Shown here: piece after piece, positions 36,946-50,769 of the stretch
Layout: each line of letters begins with the position of its first letter
Numbering within the stretch: the stretch's first letter is position 1
NCBI GenBank assembly: GCA_036172245.1
Contig: JAYWIR010000010.1
Span: forward strand, 372,001 to 436,000
Source: Raillietiella orientalis
Lineage: Eukaryota
DNA: 64,000 nt
Direction of reading: 5' to 3'
Translations under genes and position numbers: made by a program
Notes under the pieces: model-generated
Databases searched by the model: none
Told to the model about the DNA's origin: nothing
Seen by the model: only the letters and a program-made list of their open reading frames with translations

Positions 36946-38499
36946 CGGGGCTTCAGAGGCACCAAAGACTCGATCGCCGAGCGCTGTAGATGCCGCGCTG
37001 CGTCCTAGAAGCGATAGTGGCTCGCCCTACGCAAAGTGAAGCAGCAGGAGGACGGCAGAACACTCTATCCCACCAGGATGAAGAGGAGGGAGGGAAGGGG
37101 AGAAGTGCTAAAAGAAGACGATCAGTCAGACCTGCCGATTCGCGGGTGAGCTGAAGAATTTCTTTGCAGCAGAGGTGGGGGAAAAGGATATTCAAATGTC
37201 GGGAAGGAGGTAGGGCACACCAGAACTGCTGCTCCGCTCTTGCAGCTTCCGCAAGATGGCTGCGAGGCCCCTGATGATCTCTGTTTTCAGATGGGGCTAC
37301 CTGCAAGCGTCCTCTGGTAAGGAGATAGCCATACAGATGGTTTTCCGTTACCGTGAGCGCAGTTCCAGCGAGTAGCGGACTGTCGGGGTGTCCCAGACGC
37401 AACGTGGCGTTGCGACCGCTAATGAAGACCGACTGTAAGAGTCCCTACCGCGAGAAGAACCAGTGCAGCAGTGCAACGGACGTATCCTCAGGGGTGCTTG
37501 CCAGGAAGGCAGAAGGGTTTCTCCACTTCCGGTAGGAAATCGACGGGGAGCGCCGCCTGCATCAGAGGCAAGGTGTAAGAAGGACCCGAGGCAGCTGTCC
37601 GGAGACCCTATCCTTCCCCTCAGCTGCGGCGTCATTAGGCCACCGAGTCCAGTGATTCCTCCTCCTCCCCCGTTTCCCAGTATCCATTAAAACACTCCGG
37701 GCTTGCTGATTCCCTTCTTATGCTGTTCGCATCGAAGCCTGTTGTTTTACTTGCACGAGGCCAGGCTGAGACCTCTGACTGCCTTCCTACACCCTGAGAC
37801 GCTCTGTTTATGGATTTCAACGGATCCCTCGGCGCCAACAGACTGGAAATCACGACGAAAGCGGACGGGAAGAGGCGACGAGAGCTCGGCGGAGTCCCCG
37901 TCTCCTCTGCACTTCCCTCGTGCTGTCCTGAATCCTTCGAGTGCTTCCGGTATTCCTGGAAGGCCGTCGGAGCGGGAAGGGAAGCGGAAAGGCGGATAAA
38001 GGCGAAACGAAAGGAAGCTGCTGGAACGGATGCCGCTTTTGCGAGAAACGCTGGTTCCTCCCGGAGGGAAGTTGCCGCGCGGCGGGTGTGGTCCAGAGAG
38101 AGTCTCACGACAGGCGAAATGGCTTTCGCAGGACTCATCTCCACGCCCTCTCACCTTTCCTCCATGCGATCGTCACCTGAACGCTACCGGAGTTTAGATC
38201 GCCCGCGGATGCGATCTCGCTGCCGGCTGGTGGGCGCTAACCGTCCGCTTTTCCTTCCGACCGCTGCGTCAGCGTCGTCCACCACGAACGACGAAGACGA
38301 CGACACGCAGTGGGCATGCACCCCCATTTCCTCGAGGAAGCGGGACGCCAGACATCAGCCGTACTTTCACGTAAGCGCCGGTCGGGTTGGATGCGCAAGA
38401 AGGCAGCCTTCGATGGTGGCGCTTGAATCGGAGATGCCTTCTTGAGGAAAGCCGACATAGCGGGGGTTGAGAAAAGAACAAGAAAAAACACCGACAAAA

Positions 38500-40400
38500 A
38501 GGAATGGCGGAGGGAGGAGACCTCTCGTTTCCTTGCCAGAGTCGTTCTTCCTAGTTAGCGGCGAAACTCTCGGTTTCCGGGAGTCCGCCGATCCGTACAG
38601 TCGCGCGTGCGCAGCGCCTCTGCCGTTTCGTGGAGCAACCGAGAGGTTGTTCCACGAAACGGTTCCAGAGTCGGTCGCCAGATGGAAACCTCGCCTTCAC
38701 TGGCCGATTCCACGGTTATCCTTCGCACTTTTATCCCGGAAAACGGAACGAAGGACGGAAGTGGCGAAAGAGAGGAAGGTCTCCAGCAAGGAAACTTCGA
38801 TCACTTTCTCGACGTCGGTCTCCAGGATGCAGGGGAAATGGAGCACATTTCGAATGGCGTCCCAAGGCGTTACCGTCCGGGCGAATCGCTAGCCGCGACG
38901 TTGAAAGAGAAGCTCTCTTGCTGTGAATGTCGACTCTCCTCCTTTTCTTGCTAGAGGGACACATCCCCTCCCACCCGCGAGGCTTTTAAGGGAGCAGCTC
39001 CGTAATGCACGGTGCGCCACGGGTTGGTGCGCGTCCATCATACAAGAAGCTGCTCTCGGCAATGGGGGTGGGATGGGGCACGAAGAAGAACTCGCCGAGT
39101 TCGAGTCACGTCATCCACGTCGAAAACGACTTGGATTTGACGGTGGAAGGGCGGGTGCGGCCGACGCTAGCAGAGAGTTTCGGGTGCTCCAGAGCCTGGC
39201 TCGTCCGGTCCCCGCTGCACACCCTCCACAACGTACACACTGTACACTTGACGGACTCGATGCGACGTGAGAAACTGCAGGGCTGTTACCCAAGAACCTA
39301 CCCACGTACACACATTTGCGCGGACTCACACACAGACGCGCGCACGCACGCACGCACGCACGCACGCACCGGAGAGAAAACTGCAGACAGAGAAGCGTGG
39401 ATGCGTCTTCGTGGCAGGAGAGATAATAAACGTGTGCTCTTTTCCACGAAAATCGTTTCGGGAAAGTACCGTATGGAGGTGACGTGTACGGGAACTGGGT
39501 CGCAGTGCGAAGTGCTCGACACGTCAGGGTTATTCGCTGCTTTCCTTTCGGGCCCTCCGCTCGACTCTCGGAGTCGAAAGCCCCGCATCTGGGAGGAGGA
39601 GGAAGAATTCCTCCATCCACGCTCGTCTTCTGCGCACTGCTTTCCCCGATCGGCTGCTGAGCTCTGACAGCGCGCGCACGGGCGCTTCCGGAAGCGACAT
39701 CCCAAGTGCCATCCATGATTCTGTGCGGATGCCATCGGGTCCCTCCTACTCTCTCACTGCTGAAAGGCCAAAAAAAAAAAAAAGGGCAGGAGAAAAGAGA
39801 GAGACACTTTCGGTTTCCAGGGCCTCGTTTCCAGGGACGTTTCCGTCTTGAGGACTCGTGGAGGATTCAAACACGGATGTCGGAGTTTTCCTTCTTCGGC
39901 GGTCGGTTATTCCTCGAATGCTGTCCGCGGTGGTGGCACCAAAGAGCGAAGAGATCTGTTCTGCCGAGCTCTTCTGAGTGAGACGGAACCAACAGCCGAC
40001 AGACTGACGGCTCGCTCAGCCTTGCACCAATCATCTTGCGCTTCCTTCTTAGGGATTCGGTTTTGGGGTTCTCCAGGATCAGCCTCCTTCTCGTTCCAGG
40101 ATGTGCGCCTCCTCCCGTCTTCCCCCCGACACTTCCATTGGAAGCCCACAACCTCTGCACTGCTGAAGCCGATGTGGCTGCTCTGACTGCTTCCGTGCTT
40201 CAGATGCCCGGTCTTCCCGTGAAACGTATCCCGCTGCTGATCCCAGTGCCAAGCGTTTAGCATTTGCGTGCTTCAGTCCCCGGAGCACCCTCCGGGATAC
40301 CTTCAGGGCTCCAGAATGCTTCCGGATCGAGGTCTGCGGCGAAATGCACCCTGAGGTGAATCCGACGGCCATTCTCGTATCCGCCTCGGTTTCGAACGAG
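38500..40400 (+). mobile_element. Decayed LINE RT fragments (Jockey-like)
   Basis: ADPYSR..ERL, HFLDVG (~FLDV.KAFD) and ASIIQEAALG (~AGVPQGSVLG). A second block at ~40.0-40.35 kb has DSVLG, AEADVAAL (~ADD.AL) and RGLRRN. Confidence 0.4.
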
Positions 40401-40910
40401 TCCGGAAAAAAAGCCTCGGCTGTCTCCGCCCCAGGAAGGTCTGCAAGACGCCATTTCTGAGCAGCAAACTACGCGTTGGTGGGGCGTCAAGGTGCCGACA
40501 TCTCCTTTAGCTTTGGTTCACCGTTCGCATCTCAGCTAGAGGATTCGCGCTCCAAGGTGCAAACAGACGATCCTTCAGGTGCCTGCGAGCTTTCTTTTTT
40601 TTTTTTTTTTTCGCAATTACGTGCTAAACGCATGCATTGAGGTCAGCGGGACACGTTCCGCCGGGAAGCGCGAGGGCGAGCCTCGACGCGCGACAGCCAA
40701 GGGAGCACACGCACGCAGCCAACTCCCCGAGTCAGCACACGGTGCGCTCCTGTCGTCATCTAAGCGCATTCGTGTGAACTAAATGAGTGCTCGGGCAGCT
40801 AAGCAGTCTGACAAGAGGCACGCATTCTGTGCCGCGTGGTTAAGAATAAGGATGCTGTGATCGCCATTCTTCCCTTTGTCGTTGTTGCCTTTGAATTCTG
40901 TCGTTTAGGC

Positions 40911-40941
<31 letters not shown>

Positions 40942-41657
40942 CCCCTACCTATTTCTGGAGTCTGAGTTTTTCAAACTTTCAGAGAGAATCCTCGAAGTGC
41001 ACCCAAAGGTGTCGAGAGCGAAAATTCCCTTTGTACCGCAAAAGTGCCCGGGAGCATCGTTCAGGAAAACGCCAAACACTTGGTTTCCAGCTGCCGAATT
41101 CCGGGATCCACCCCCTCCCCGCCCCCAGCGAGAGAGAGAGAGAGAAGTGGACTTTGACTGTTGGCCCCTCTATCGTGGCGACGATCGGATGCGCACTCTT
41201 CCGCCAAGTGCAATCGCTCCCAATCGATCCTCTTCCCTTTCGTGCGCTCCTTCCAGGAGCAGGGCAGAAAAATCCTGTGGTCCGCGGAGCTTCGCTCTCC
41301 AGAGCTCCACCGGGAAAATGGCGACGACGCGCGAGAAGAAAAAAAAAAAAAGAACGGCCCCTTCCCCCGGGTTCGTGATCCCATCCTCCCTTCCTTTGGC
41401 CACCTCCGTGTGCCACGGGTGCTCCGACCAGGAACGAGGCCGCAGGGCAACTCGCGCCCGGATGCTTCCGATGTCGTGGGGACGAACGCACGGCACCGCC
41501 GCACCCGCTCGCGGTCCGTTCGTGGTGCCACCGGAGTCGGGTGCGCGCGGTGCCACCAACCACGCGGCTGCGGAAAAGAACCGGTAGGGATGGCAGCTTT
41601 TGGCTTTGCTCGGCAAGAAAATTCGTGATGTCCATCCTTCACCTCACAAGGATGCAG

Positions 41658-41852
41658 ACATGCATGTACACATATGTACACACACGCGCACACACGTATG
41701 CATAGGAGAGATAGAGAGATTATTGTAATACGCATGAAGTGGTATGTGTATAAGGAGTACATACTATGTAGGACCATGCACAATATGTACAGTGTACAGT
41801 ACTCTACATGGCATACTTTGATATGCGTATGTACTGTGCACAGATGCATATA
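41658..41852. repeat. Purine-pyrimidine alternating (TACA/TATG) low-complexity tract
   Basis: Read directly. Confidence 0.75.
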
Positions 41853-43949
41853 CTCGAATGGCTACGCTTGTCCACTACGTGCCGCAGGTACGCTGGAGTT
41901 GGCGCCGCGCGCCACGCCTGCCTCCGTAAGCGCCCGGCCGGCCGGCGGCCCCGGCCTCGCCCCTGTCGATCGAGAAGGCGCACGGTAGGTGGCGCCCTCT
42001 TCCACGGGTCCGAGAAGCCACGGACTCCCAGGAGCCCCAGAGGCCTTCTCTCTCACGGGGGAGCTGCGCGACGCCCAGGACTGGTCCGGAGGGTCCGGCC
42101 AGGCAGACAGAGTTCCCTGGCCGATAGGGGGGAGGAGCTGCTCCCCGCGGGAGGGTTGAAGGAAGGATGGGGGGGACCCCGCCGCCGCACTCGCGGGCAC
42201 AGGAATACCTGTGGATCGGCAAATCCTTCGCCTGCTGACCCCAACAGAGCGGTGAATGCTGCCCGGACATAGGCGGAGGGCAGTGCCCATTTAAGACTCC
42301 GCCAACTTTGCCCTCTTTTTCTTTCAGGGATCTTTTTTGGAAATGGGGGGAGGTTGTTCATCCCCTTTCCCCTCCTCCTTCCCTTCCTTTCTCGTCTTCC
42401 CCTGCCCTTCCTTCTCTCCTCCTCCTCCTCCTCCATGGTGGTTAAAACAGCGAGCCACAAGTGACCTCTCACTTTCGGATCACGTGGTTTGCTCCTTGGC
42501 TTACCACCACCACCTTCCTTAACTCGGACCAAGGAAGGAAGGGAGAGGCAGGTGGAGGGCGGGCGCACTTGGGCAGCCCAGCGGGTGCCCCCGGACTGGC
42601 GGCGGTGCACCGTCCGGAGGGCTGCTGGAGAACGGGGAAGCCGAAGGCAGGGCGTCAGCGCGCTCCCCCACCCGTCCGGGGTCCCGCAGAAGGGAATTTG
42701 CCGGAGGGTTTGATCCCCGCGGACGCAGGCCTCCCCTCGTCTCCATTCCGATTCAGACGGCGGGATGGGCAGGCGATTGCGGGGGCGGATCTTCCGAAGG
42801 GAAAAGAGGGGAAAGGGGAGGAGCAGAAAGAAGGCGAAAAGGAGAGAAAGAAAGAAAGGGGAAGAGAAAGGACCCGGGAATTCGCATTGGCTCCCGAGCG
42901 CAGACGCCCGAACCTTCGTGGGCGGCGATCAGCGGATCCGCCGAGCGGCCGTGGGAGCTCGCGACGGAGGCGCTTTCGAAGTCCTTGGCAGCATTTCTCC
43001 GGGACGGATCTGGGACGCGCCCTGGAGAGGTGACCCAAGGACGGAAGAGGAAGGCCAGGAAAGCAGGTGAAAGAGGGGGAAGCGCGCAGCGACGGCAGGG
43101 AGACCGCAAAGGAAGCGCTTCCACTCCTCCCTCCGGAAGCAGCCGCTCCGCGAGGGTCGCCCTGCGTCCCGGACGCGGGAGCGGGCGTTCCGTCCGAGAG
43201 GAGCCCAGCGAAGCGCGCGCGCGCAAGCGTGCCGCGGGGCGGTCCACACCCTCCGGAACGCGAGCGGACTGCGCAAACACACGCAACGCGCGCCGGAGGC
43301 CGCGGGGTTGCGGTCTCCGCTAGCGGCACCACCAGGCGACCCCAACAGATGGGTGCGTCGTGGGTCCGCGTAACCGCCTCCCTCCCTTCAGGATGACGCC
43401 GGCTGGCCTATATTCATTTGGGTACGCAGCTCCGATACCGGATGTCCCCCCCATCCCACTGGATGAGGTTCCCCCCAGGCTGGGCGAAGGAGGGGACCAT
43501 CCCTGTCGCACCACCGCTCGTATTTGACGGAACATTAGTGAAGACGTCTTTACATGGCGGAGCCGAAAATCGAAACGGAATCGAAATATTCCTTAAGGTG
43601 GCTCGAGTTCACCCCCGCATGAAAGGGGATGCTGGAAGGCGCGAGTCGCCGGGCTCCGGGACTCCCATTAGCTCCCGATAACCTCTCACCTCTGCGGGCG
43701 ATCCGGCAAGGTGGGAAGTGTCCTTCGTCATCGGAAGCAGGAAAAAACTGTTGAAGGCGTGGACAACTCGGCAGCTAGCGGGCCGCTGCGACCGTAATGA
43801 CCTGCCCGCCTAAAGGACTTGTGAGCTGGGGCGAGCTGCTCGCGATACCTCCGGGGGAGGCGAGGTGGCCCCCAGAGTGTTGGGACAGCGGCACCCTCCC
43901 CAAGAAGTCGCGGGAGGCGACGTTGCTGTTGCTGCGCCGGGGGATCCCG

Positions 43950-45250
43950 TGCAGGGCACGCCTGCAGCTTGGGGTGCGGGGTGCGGCGAAAGGGGAAACC
44001 TTTCCGCACCTGCTAATTGGCCGTGTCGCCCTCCGTGCACTTTGGGATCGACTCTCGCTGATCCTCAAAATCCCAGGAGGCGACCCGAAAAGCATTTTCC
44101 GGAGCCTCTTCCTGAGTGACGCCCTACCCCCCGCCGCGTCCCTAGCCGTTCTCTGCTGCGTACCGGAATGGACGTGGCAAGGTGGAGAGCAAAGAGAAGA
44201 GGCCAAAGCAGCAGGAGCGCCATCATCCACTGGGCGGAAATCTCCATGAAGAACGCCGTACCACGGCCCCGACTCCGGAATCTCCTCTTGCCAGCATCCG
44301 AAACAGGATGCAGAGGACCGACCACTCCAGGCGACCGGCGACCCCATCCCTGCCCTCCTCCCCCGAAAAACGTTTCCCTTCCTGTTTTGCTTTTCTTCCG
44401 GTATTCCCTCCTCCAGCGCCAAAGGAGAGGACCTCGCCGGCCTGCCTACCGGTTCACGGTAAGTCTTCCGCTCGTGGTAGAACCAACCGTGTTCTTCCGC
44501 GAAAGTGAACATTACGGCGACTTCCTGATAGAGTTTTTGTATGGGAATTTTAAGAACAAATGCTCCGGCAAATGGGGGTGACAAACCTCTGCGCGCGCCG
44601 CAAAGGCTGCGACGCCGTTCCGCCTTCCTCGTCGCCCGCTTTTTTCGGCAAATCCCGCGCCTGAAGCTTGGCAGCTGGTTGTCTGGGCGGAAGTTCCGTG
44701 CCAGCAGCCAGACGATCGGCTGAGGTGGGAACTCTGGAAGGGGAAGGAAACGGGAAAAGGGGCGGAGGAACGGCACACGAGGTCGGGATGGCATCTAGCG
44801 GGTGTCGGAACAATGCCTATCCTCCCGTCCGGGCACTCCCGCTTCCGGTTCGTCCGAACCAGAGGTAGGTAGCCGGTGCTCCCACTCGCACTCCCCGCCC
44901 CGAGAGGAGTTCCCTGAAGGGCGGAAGGGAGCGGCGCCCTGCCGCAAGAAGGGAGGAGACGACGTCGACGCAGAGAGAGCGAGCCTCCAGAAGCCGTGGG
45001 AGGGGGCCACCCACCCCCCCACCCCCCAGCAAAGGGAAGCTCTTCGGGGCATCGCGCGGGCGCAAGGAGCTCGAGAGGCAGGAAGGCGAGGAGCAGCAGC
45101 TTGGTTTTCCGGTAACAGCAGGATCCATCCGCGAAAAGTTCGAAAGATCGAAAATAGATGGGGCGAAAAGCAAAAATGAGAAAACCCTCCTTCTGGCGAT
45201 CGCAGGATCGGACGCAGCTGCCAACGGCGAAATCACAATGCGAACTTATA
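43950..45250 (-). mobile_element. Decayed I-group LINE RT
   Basis: ORF 43775-44794: IVWLLARN..NQLPSFRRG (~RL.W.LE.N..Q.GFR.G), FYHERK...VG...SSPLALEEGIP (~FL..R...VG...S....EEGVPQG), VDDGA (~ADD). Confidence 0.55.
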
Positions 45251-47651
45251 AATGCAGACTGCTGCTGTGTGAGTCCCGGACTTGGGGTGGGTGGACACAG
45301 AGGCGGGGGAGGTCAATCGGAACGGACTGACGCTGAACGGCTCACAGAAGTGGCACCCCTGCATCGAAAGGAGAGCAAGGTGCGCATGCGTCTCCCGGGA
45401 AGCGGAAGAGCCAAAATTGGCAAAGGGGAAACGGGGTGCGAGCTGAGGCAACGAGAGGATGAAAGGCACGCCAGGTGGGCGCCCAGCGACCGCGGCGCTG
45501 CTGAATTTTTGGTTGCCGGGACGGACGTCCGCTCGGTCGGTCCGTTAGGGGGGAGCGAGCGCAAGGTTCATTTCGGAGTGGAACCTGGAAACATTCCGGG
45601 AAGGAAACGCCTTCCCCCCTCCCCTTCTCTCTCCCCAACCGGATGAGACGAACAGGAGCGCAACTTTCGCCGGTTCGCGGCGTACAAGGAAAAAGGCTGA
45701 GAGGAACCCTGCGGTTATTTTTAGAACGGCAACTAATAGAAAAGAAGTAATGAAAGACCGTGTTTACCTGAGGACGAAGAGAAGGAGGGAGGGAGTGGGG
45801 GGGGGGGGGAGAGACGGAGAGAGGAGCACTGCGACGCCAGGCAGACGCGCGCCGGCGGCACTGCCAGACGGACATTTGCCAAGAGGAATGGTAGGAAAGC
45901 AGCGCAAGAAGGCGAGTCATATTTTTGGAGGGAGCTGCGGTCTCCACGCGCTCACCAGACGTCGGGAGAAGAGGAAGAGGCGCTGGAGGTTCGCGAGCGT
46001 ACTGCCAGGGGGCTGACGGGATCAGGGAGCGACCGCGCGTCGAGAGGAACGCGCGCCCGGCGATTGGCTCCCCACAAAGAGAAGCGCCGTCCTTCGGCGC
46101 GGAGATCCCGGGACCCGCGACGACTTCAAGAGCTCGCCGTTTCCCTGCCGAGGACGGAAGGGGGGAGGGGGATTTCACGGGCGAAAGGAAACCTCCGAGG
46201 GGGCGGAACTCCGCCTCGAACGTGGGCGCAGCATCCACCGACCGTTGGAGGGGAAAGGGGCGCTCGGAATACGGGTCGGTGGGTGGCCGTACAGCGACCC
46301 GGGAGGGAGGAGGAGGACGAAATGGAAAGGAAAGGAAGAGGAGAAAGGGAAGGAGCAGGAGGAGGGAGGACGCTCTCTCCTTCCGCACCATTCTCGGGAC
46401 GGGGCCATGAAAATTCCATCCCACCAGCAGGGACCCTGAAGAGCGCCCCCGGCTGTCTGGAGGACTCCATGGGAAGAAGCTCTGCTGGCGCGCGCTGGGC
46501 TTTCCTTGCGCGGCTCCACCCTCCCTTCGCTGCTGCGCCTGCGCAGCGTGTGGGAGTGTCCTGCGCACCTCCCGCGGCAGAGGGCAGGCAGGATTCTCTT
46601 CCGGCCCGTCGACGGGCCCGTCCGCCTGCCGGCTCTGGCGCGTCCCTTTCCCCGGCCTCGGCGGCCACGGTCGCCGCGCGACGGAGCGACTCCCGCTGCC
46701 CTCGGGCGTGTGCAGCTGCATCCGGAATGTTGGAGCAGGGAGGGTCAAGAAGGCCAAGTCAGGAAGGCTGAAGGCTCAGGGCTTCCCCCAGGCTTGGTCT
46801 GCTGCCACCTCCTCGGCACCGCTGCGAACAGCGGCACCGTCAGACGGATTCCGACGTCCCGAAGCGGTCGAGGCGAGTGACCTCAGCTCAGTGACTTGCA
46901 CGCTCCCCATTTCCGCCTCGTTCGAGGCGAGGGAGCGGCGTGCCCGCTCGAAGAGCGCCCCTCCGGGTTAGCTCTCGGGACGGGGAGGCGCTCGCGGCAC
47001 GCGGCCGCCGTGATGGTCCAGTTGGCTCCAGAGAGCGAGGAGCGGACGAGACGAGGGACGCCCCCCAAGAGCAGAAAAGCGCTGGAAACCTGCAAGACCG
47101 TGGGGACTCCAGTTCTGGAGACCCCTTTTCTAGAAGTCCCGCGACCACCACGCGCGTAGGCTCCAGGGCGGTTACCGCCTCTCCGGAAATTCGGGGTTCC
47201 TCCTTGGGGGACGCACGCCCTTGCGGCCAGCCTCACTCCGACTTTTCGCTCCCCCCCACCCCAACCTGGGCGGATGGATGGCGAGGAGTCACCCCGATAG
47301 AGCGCGGCGGTTCCTCTGGTCTGAAGCTCAGGGGCGTTTGGTTAGGTTCCGCTCAAGAGGTCATCCGCAAGGTGCGCGCGCACCCCATGCTGGCCTCCTC
47401 GCGCGAAAGACGCACGGCCAGAAGCGACGGTCCTTGAAGGCAGTGCTGCCAGGTGCTCCCTCGTAACGGCGACCTTTCGAACAGGCCTTTCGAACTCCCC
47501 ACGGAGAGGAGCACCTCTTCGAGTTCGCGATCGGGAAGAAAGCGTGGGTTGGTTAAAGCAGTGAACAGGGCTGGGTAGCCGGGTCAGGTGAGGTTACGTG
47601 CAGCAAGGCTGCGCGAGCACTGGAACAGGGTTAGGTTAGTGTATAGGGTCA

Positions 47652-48148
47652 GGTAGCGGGGTCAGTTGTGGGTGAAGTGGCTGCGACGCATGCACAGGGG
47701 GAAGGCGAACCGGGGTAGGAGAAGTCCCGGATGAAAGCGGACCCGCTACCCGGGGCTCGGCATCTAAGCAGGCCGAGCGCTCACAGCGGACGGCAGGAGA
47801 ACCTGCGCGCCGCCAACGGGATTTTCCCGCCCGAAGGACGGGTGAGCGGCACCCGGAAACTTCAAGTGAACCACCGCCCCCCGGAAGACCGAGGGATGCA
47901 ACCGCCACCGAGGGATCCACAGGGTCCACGATCAAGGGGTGCTTCTCGCTTCCGCCCACTCATGTTGGCCACGGGATTTCCCAACCCGGGCGAAAAGCGG
48001 GATGGAAGACGTCCTTCGACCACTCCATCCCTGAAAGCCGATCTCTGTGAGGAGGGAGCGAGAGAGCGACCCATGCCAAAGCCAGTGCAATCGTCCCACC
48101 TGCTCCATCCAGTCTGACCCCACTTCACCCTCATCTGACCCCTCTACC
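47652..48148. repeat. Inverted repeat pair (29 bp, 26/29 identical) with degenerate TTAGG-like flanks; possible MITE remnant
   Basis: 47652-47680 ggtagcggggtcagttgtgggtgaagtgg versus the reverse complement of 48120-48148, ggtagaggggtcagatgagggtgaagtgg. gggttaggttag lies at ~47628. Confidence 0.55.
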
Positions 48149-49289
48149 CGGCACTCTTGCCCGCATCTGTGAGCCTGCGGCGAGCGTCGCGGTTCCTGGA
48201 ACCCCCAGGTGGAGGCGCGCGTGCGTCCTTTCGGTTTTGGGCCGTTGTCGCGAGTCCATCGGCTCCCCCCGAGGCAGAAGGGTGGGACAGCCGCTCGCAG
48301 CGACACCGACTCCCGCCCGTGGAGCTGTCCTTCCGGTTGGCGGCGTTTCCCTCTCTCTGAGCCTCCACACTGTCAGTGGACCGTGCGGCACCGTGCCGGG
48401 GGATCCTCGAAGGTCTCGGAAGCCCCGGAAGGTCCCTCCCCGTTCAATTGAGGTCAGCTGAAAGTCAGGTACCGCCTATCCCTTCTGCGTGCCAGCGGTC
48501 GCTTTCCTCCGGGATCTGCACGGAGGGTCGCCCTCGCCGGGCCAGGGCAGTCCACCGGAGGGACCGGCTTGGTTCTGGACGATGGGGCGCTTCGCTCGAG
48601 CTACCCGGGGCGACCCACCGAGCGCTGCTGGGCTCGAAGAGAAACGTCGGCGGAAACGTCGAACGACCCCTCCGGCTCAGTGAGGACGCCGCGGTTTGAG
48701 GGCAGACGCCCTCTGGGCCTCTTCTCGGGACGGGGGAAGGACAAGCGGCTCCGTACTCTCCCTTCGCCTACCTGTCAGCACACGGAGAAGTCGACGACCA
48801 TGGGTCGCCTCCGTATTATTTTGGCCCCCCTGAATTTCTGTGGGGGAGTTTGAGAAAGAAATTCGGGGAAGCACGGTGATCCTGGCAGGTCGTCCCGGAA
48901 GGGCAACTCGTGAAGTTGCTCTTGCGGCCTAGCCTGCATACACCGCCGCAGGCTCTACGGAAGACCCAGGGGCGCGATCCGCTTGGACGACCCATCCCTT
49001 CGTCCGGGGGACACCGTTAACTGGGGATCAAAATACCTGTGAGTGCCATTTCTTCATCTCTAGAGGTGGTGAACCGGTGGAGGGGTGGCTGGGAGAATGC
49101 GCGGAGGGACGGGAACCTTTTGGGGTTCCTCCATTCCTTTTCCAGCGTTCCTTTCTTTTTTTTTCTTTTGGGTCCTCAAGGGGTGCTGAAGAACCACCCG
49201 CCTCCCAGGGATGGCGAAGGAGGGGGAACTCGCGAAGCTCTTTGACGCTGTCCGCGCCGCCCAGGGCGCGTGTGACTCCTCAAGTTATA

Positions 49290-49910
49290 AGGGGTAACCC
49301 ATAGGGAACCTTCCTGTAAATTTAGGAAGGAAAGGGTCTGGATGGGAAGTCCGTCACCCTTGGGAGGGAACCCCGAAGCGAACCCTCGCCCTTGTCGGTC
49401 GTCTCCGGAGGGAACCCCAAAGGAAACCCTGGAAAGGGCCGCTCCTCGTTTCCCCCTCCGAAGAGAACCCCGGAAGGACGCCCCCACACTTCTCTGGAGG
49501 GCGCTATCTGAAGGGAGCAAAGCACTTTCTGACACTCTGGAGAGGCGACCTCCGAGGGGGACACCAACCAGCTCCGCGATGGTACGCGATGGAAGGTCAC
49601 GCCCGCGGGGGAGGAGGAGGCTCTCTTTTCGAGGCCGGGAGGAAGTTCCGAAGGACTCCTCGATGTCCGTGAAGGACCACCCCGGAGGGTCGAATTCCAA
49701 TCCCGGCTGGTCAGCAGGGTCATCCGAGGGCTACCACGAGTGTCACCGCACCTGAATGGGCCAACCAGAGACACCCTGCGGGAGGAGCGGCTCAAAACCC
49801 ACGACGCGCCCTTCGCTGCTCGGCGTCCACGCTTACCCCGGACGGGATTCGAGCCCGCGACGCGCGGTGCCGCGCGCACCGAGACCGCCTCAGTAGCACG
49901 CGAGCTCGTC
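49290..49910 (-). mobile_element. tRNA-derived SINE, copy 2
   Basis: Reverse-strand B box GGGCTCGAATCCC at 49844-49856. Head and body are colinear with copy 1 (ggcacc..gcgtcgcggg.tcgaat; ctggttggcc; gggttctcttc.gagg; gggttccctccggaga). Confidence 0.7.
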
Positions 49911-50769
49911 CTTGATTTTCTCTTGCCAGTTGCCCTGCCGACTTGGCCGGCTCGGGGCCCTCGGCCTTCCGATCGCCTGTTGCGCCATCTGCGTTTCCCG
50001 TCGGGCGGCTGAGCTCCCGCGGTTCTGTGCTCGCAGGAGCTGGGAGTCACCCTGAGCTGCCCTCGCGAGAGGCCGCGCCAGAAGCAGCAGGATCGGCTAG
50101 ATGAGGACATCGCCGCTGGGCGGCCCCAAGAGCGTGTTCCCCCAAAGCCGGCCTGTGTGTCGGTGGTCACTCCCCTTCTTTCTTCCTGCCGTTGTGGGGC
50201 TGCTAAACTGGCCGGGAAGGGAGCGGCGAGCTCCAGGTTCGAGTCACGTGGTCAGCTCAGGTAACGGCAAGGCGGGACGGCTGGCTCGGGGGTCAGGTCG
50301 ACGCGCCGAGCTTACGCCTCCTTGACAAGCTAGGCAGGAGCCGAGCAAGGCTCAAGTCACCGTGGTCGATTTCGTGCGAGACGGCGGGCTGGGAGTGGCT
50401 CGCAGGTTTCGGCATCTCTGGCGCCCCTCTGAAATTTCGGGACGTTGCAGGAGACGTTTCGAGGCGTTTCGTACGCATTTATCCGCACTCGCATGTGTGC
50501 GCGGGAGGGGCAGCAGGTTTCGCACGTGCGTTACAAGTTCAAGGGGAGGTCTCACCGACACGCAGGTTGGGACGCCTAAAAGTGGGGAGCAGAAGGGAGG
50601 GGACGATAAAAGAATTAAGGAGGGTGGGGTCAGGGGGACTTCGATTGAATCCGTTCCTTCTAGAAAAGAAAGAAAAACCGGGAAAAATCCGGAACGAGTG
50701 GAAGGGCACACTGAATTAATGAATGAGTGGATGGGGACAGGAGTTACAGGCGTCGGCCGTTCCTTCCTT

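Noticed and set aside
44417..44458. Plus-strand 42-nt exon with a GTAAGT donor
   Set aside because: Antisense to a LINE RT remnant, with no partner exons.
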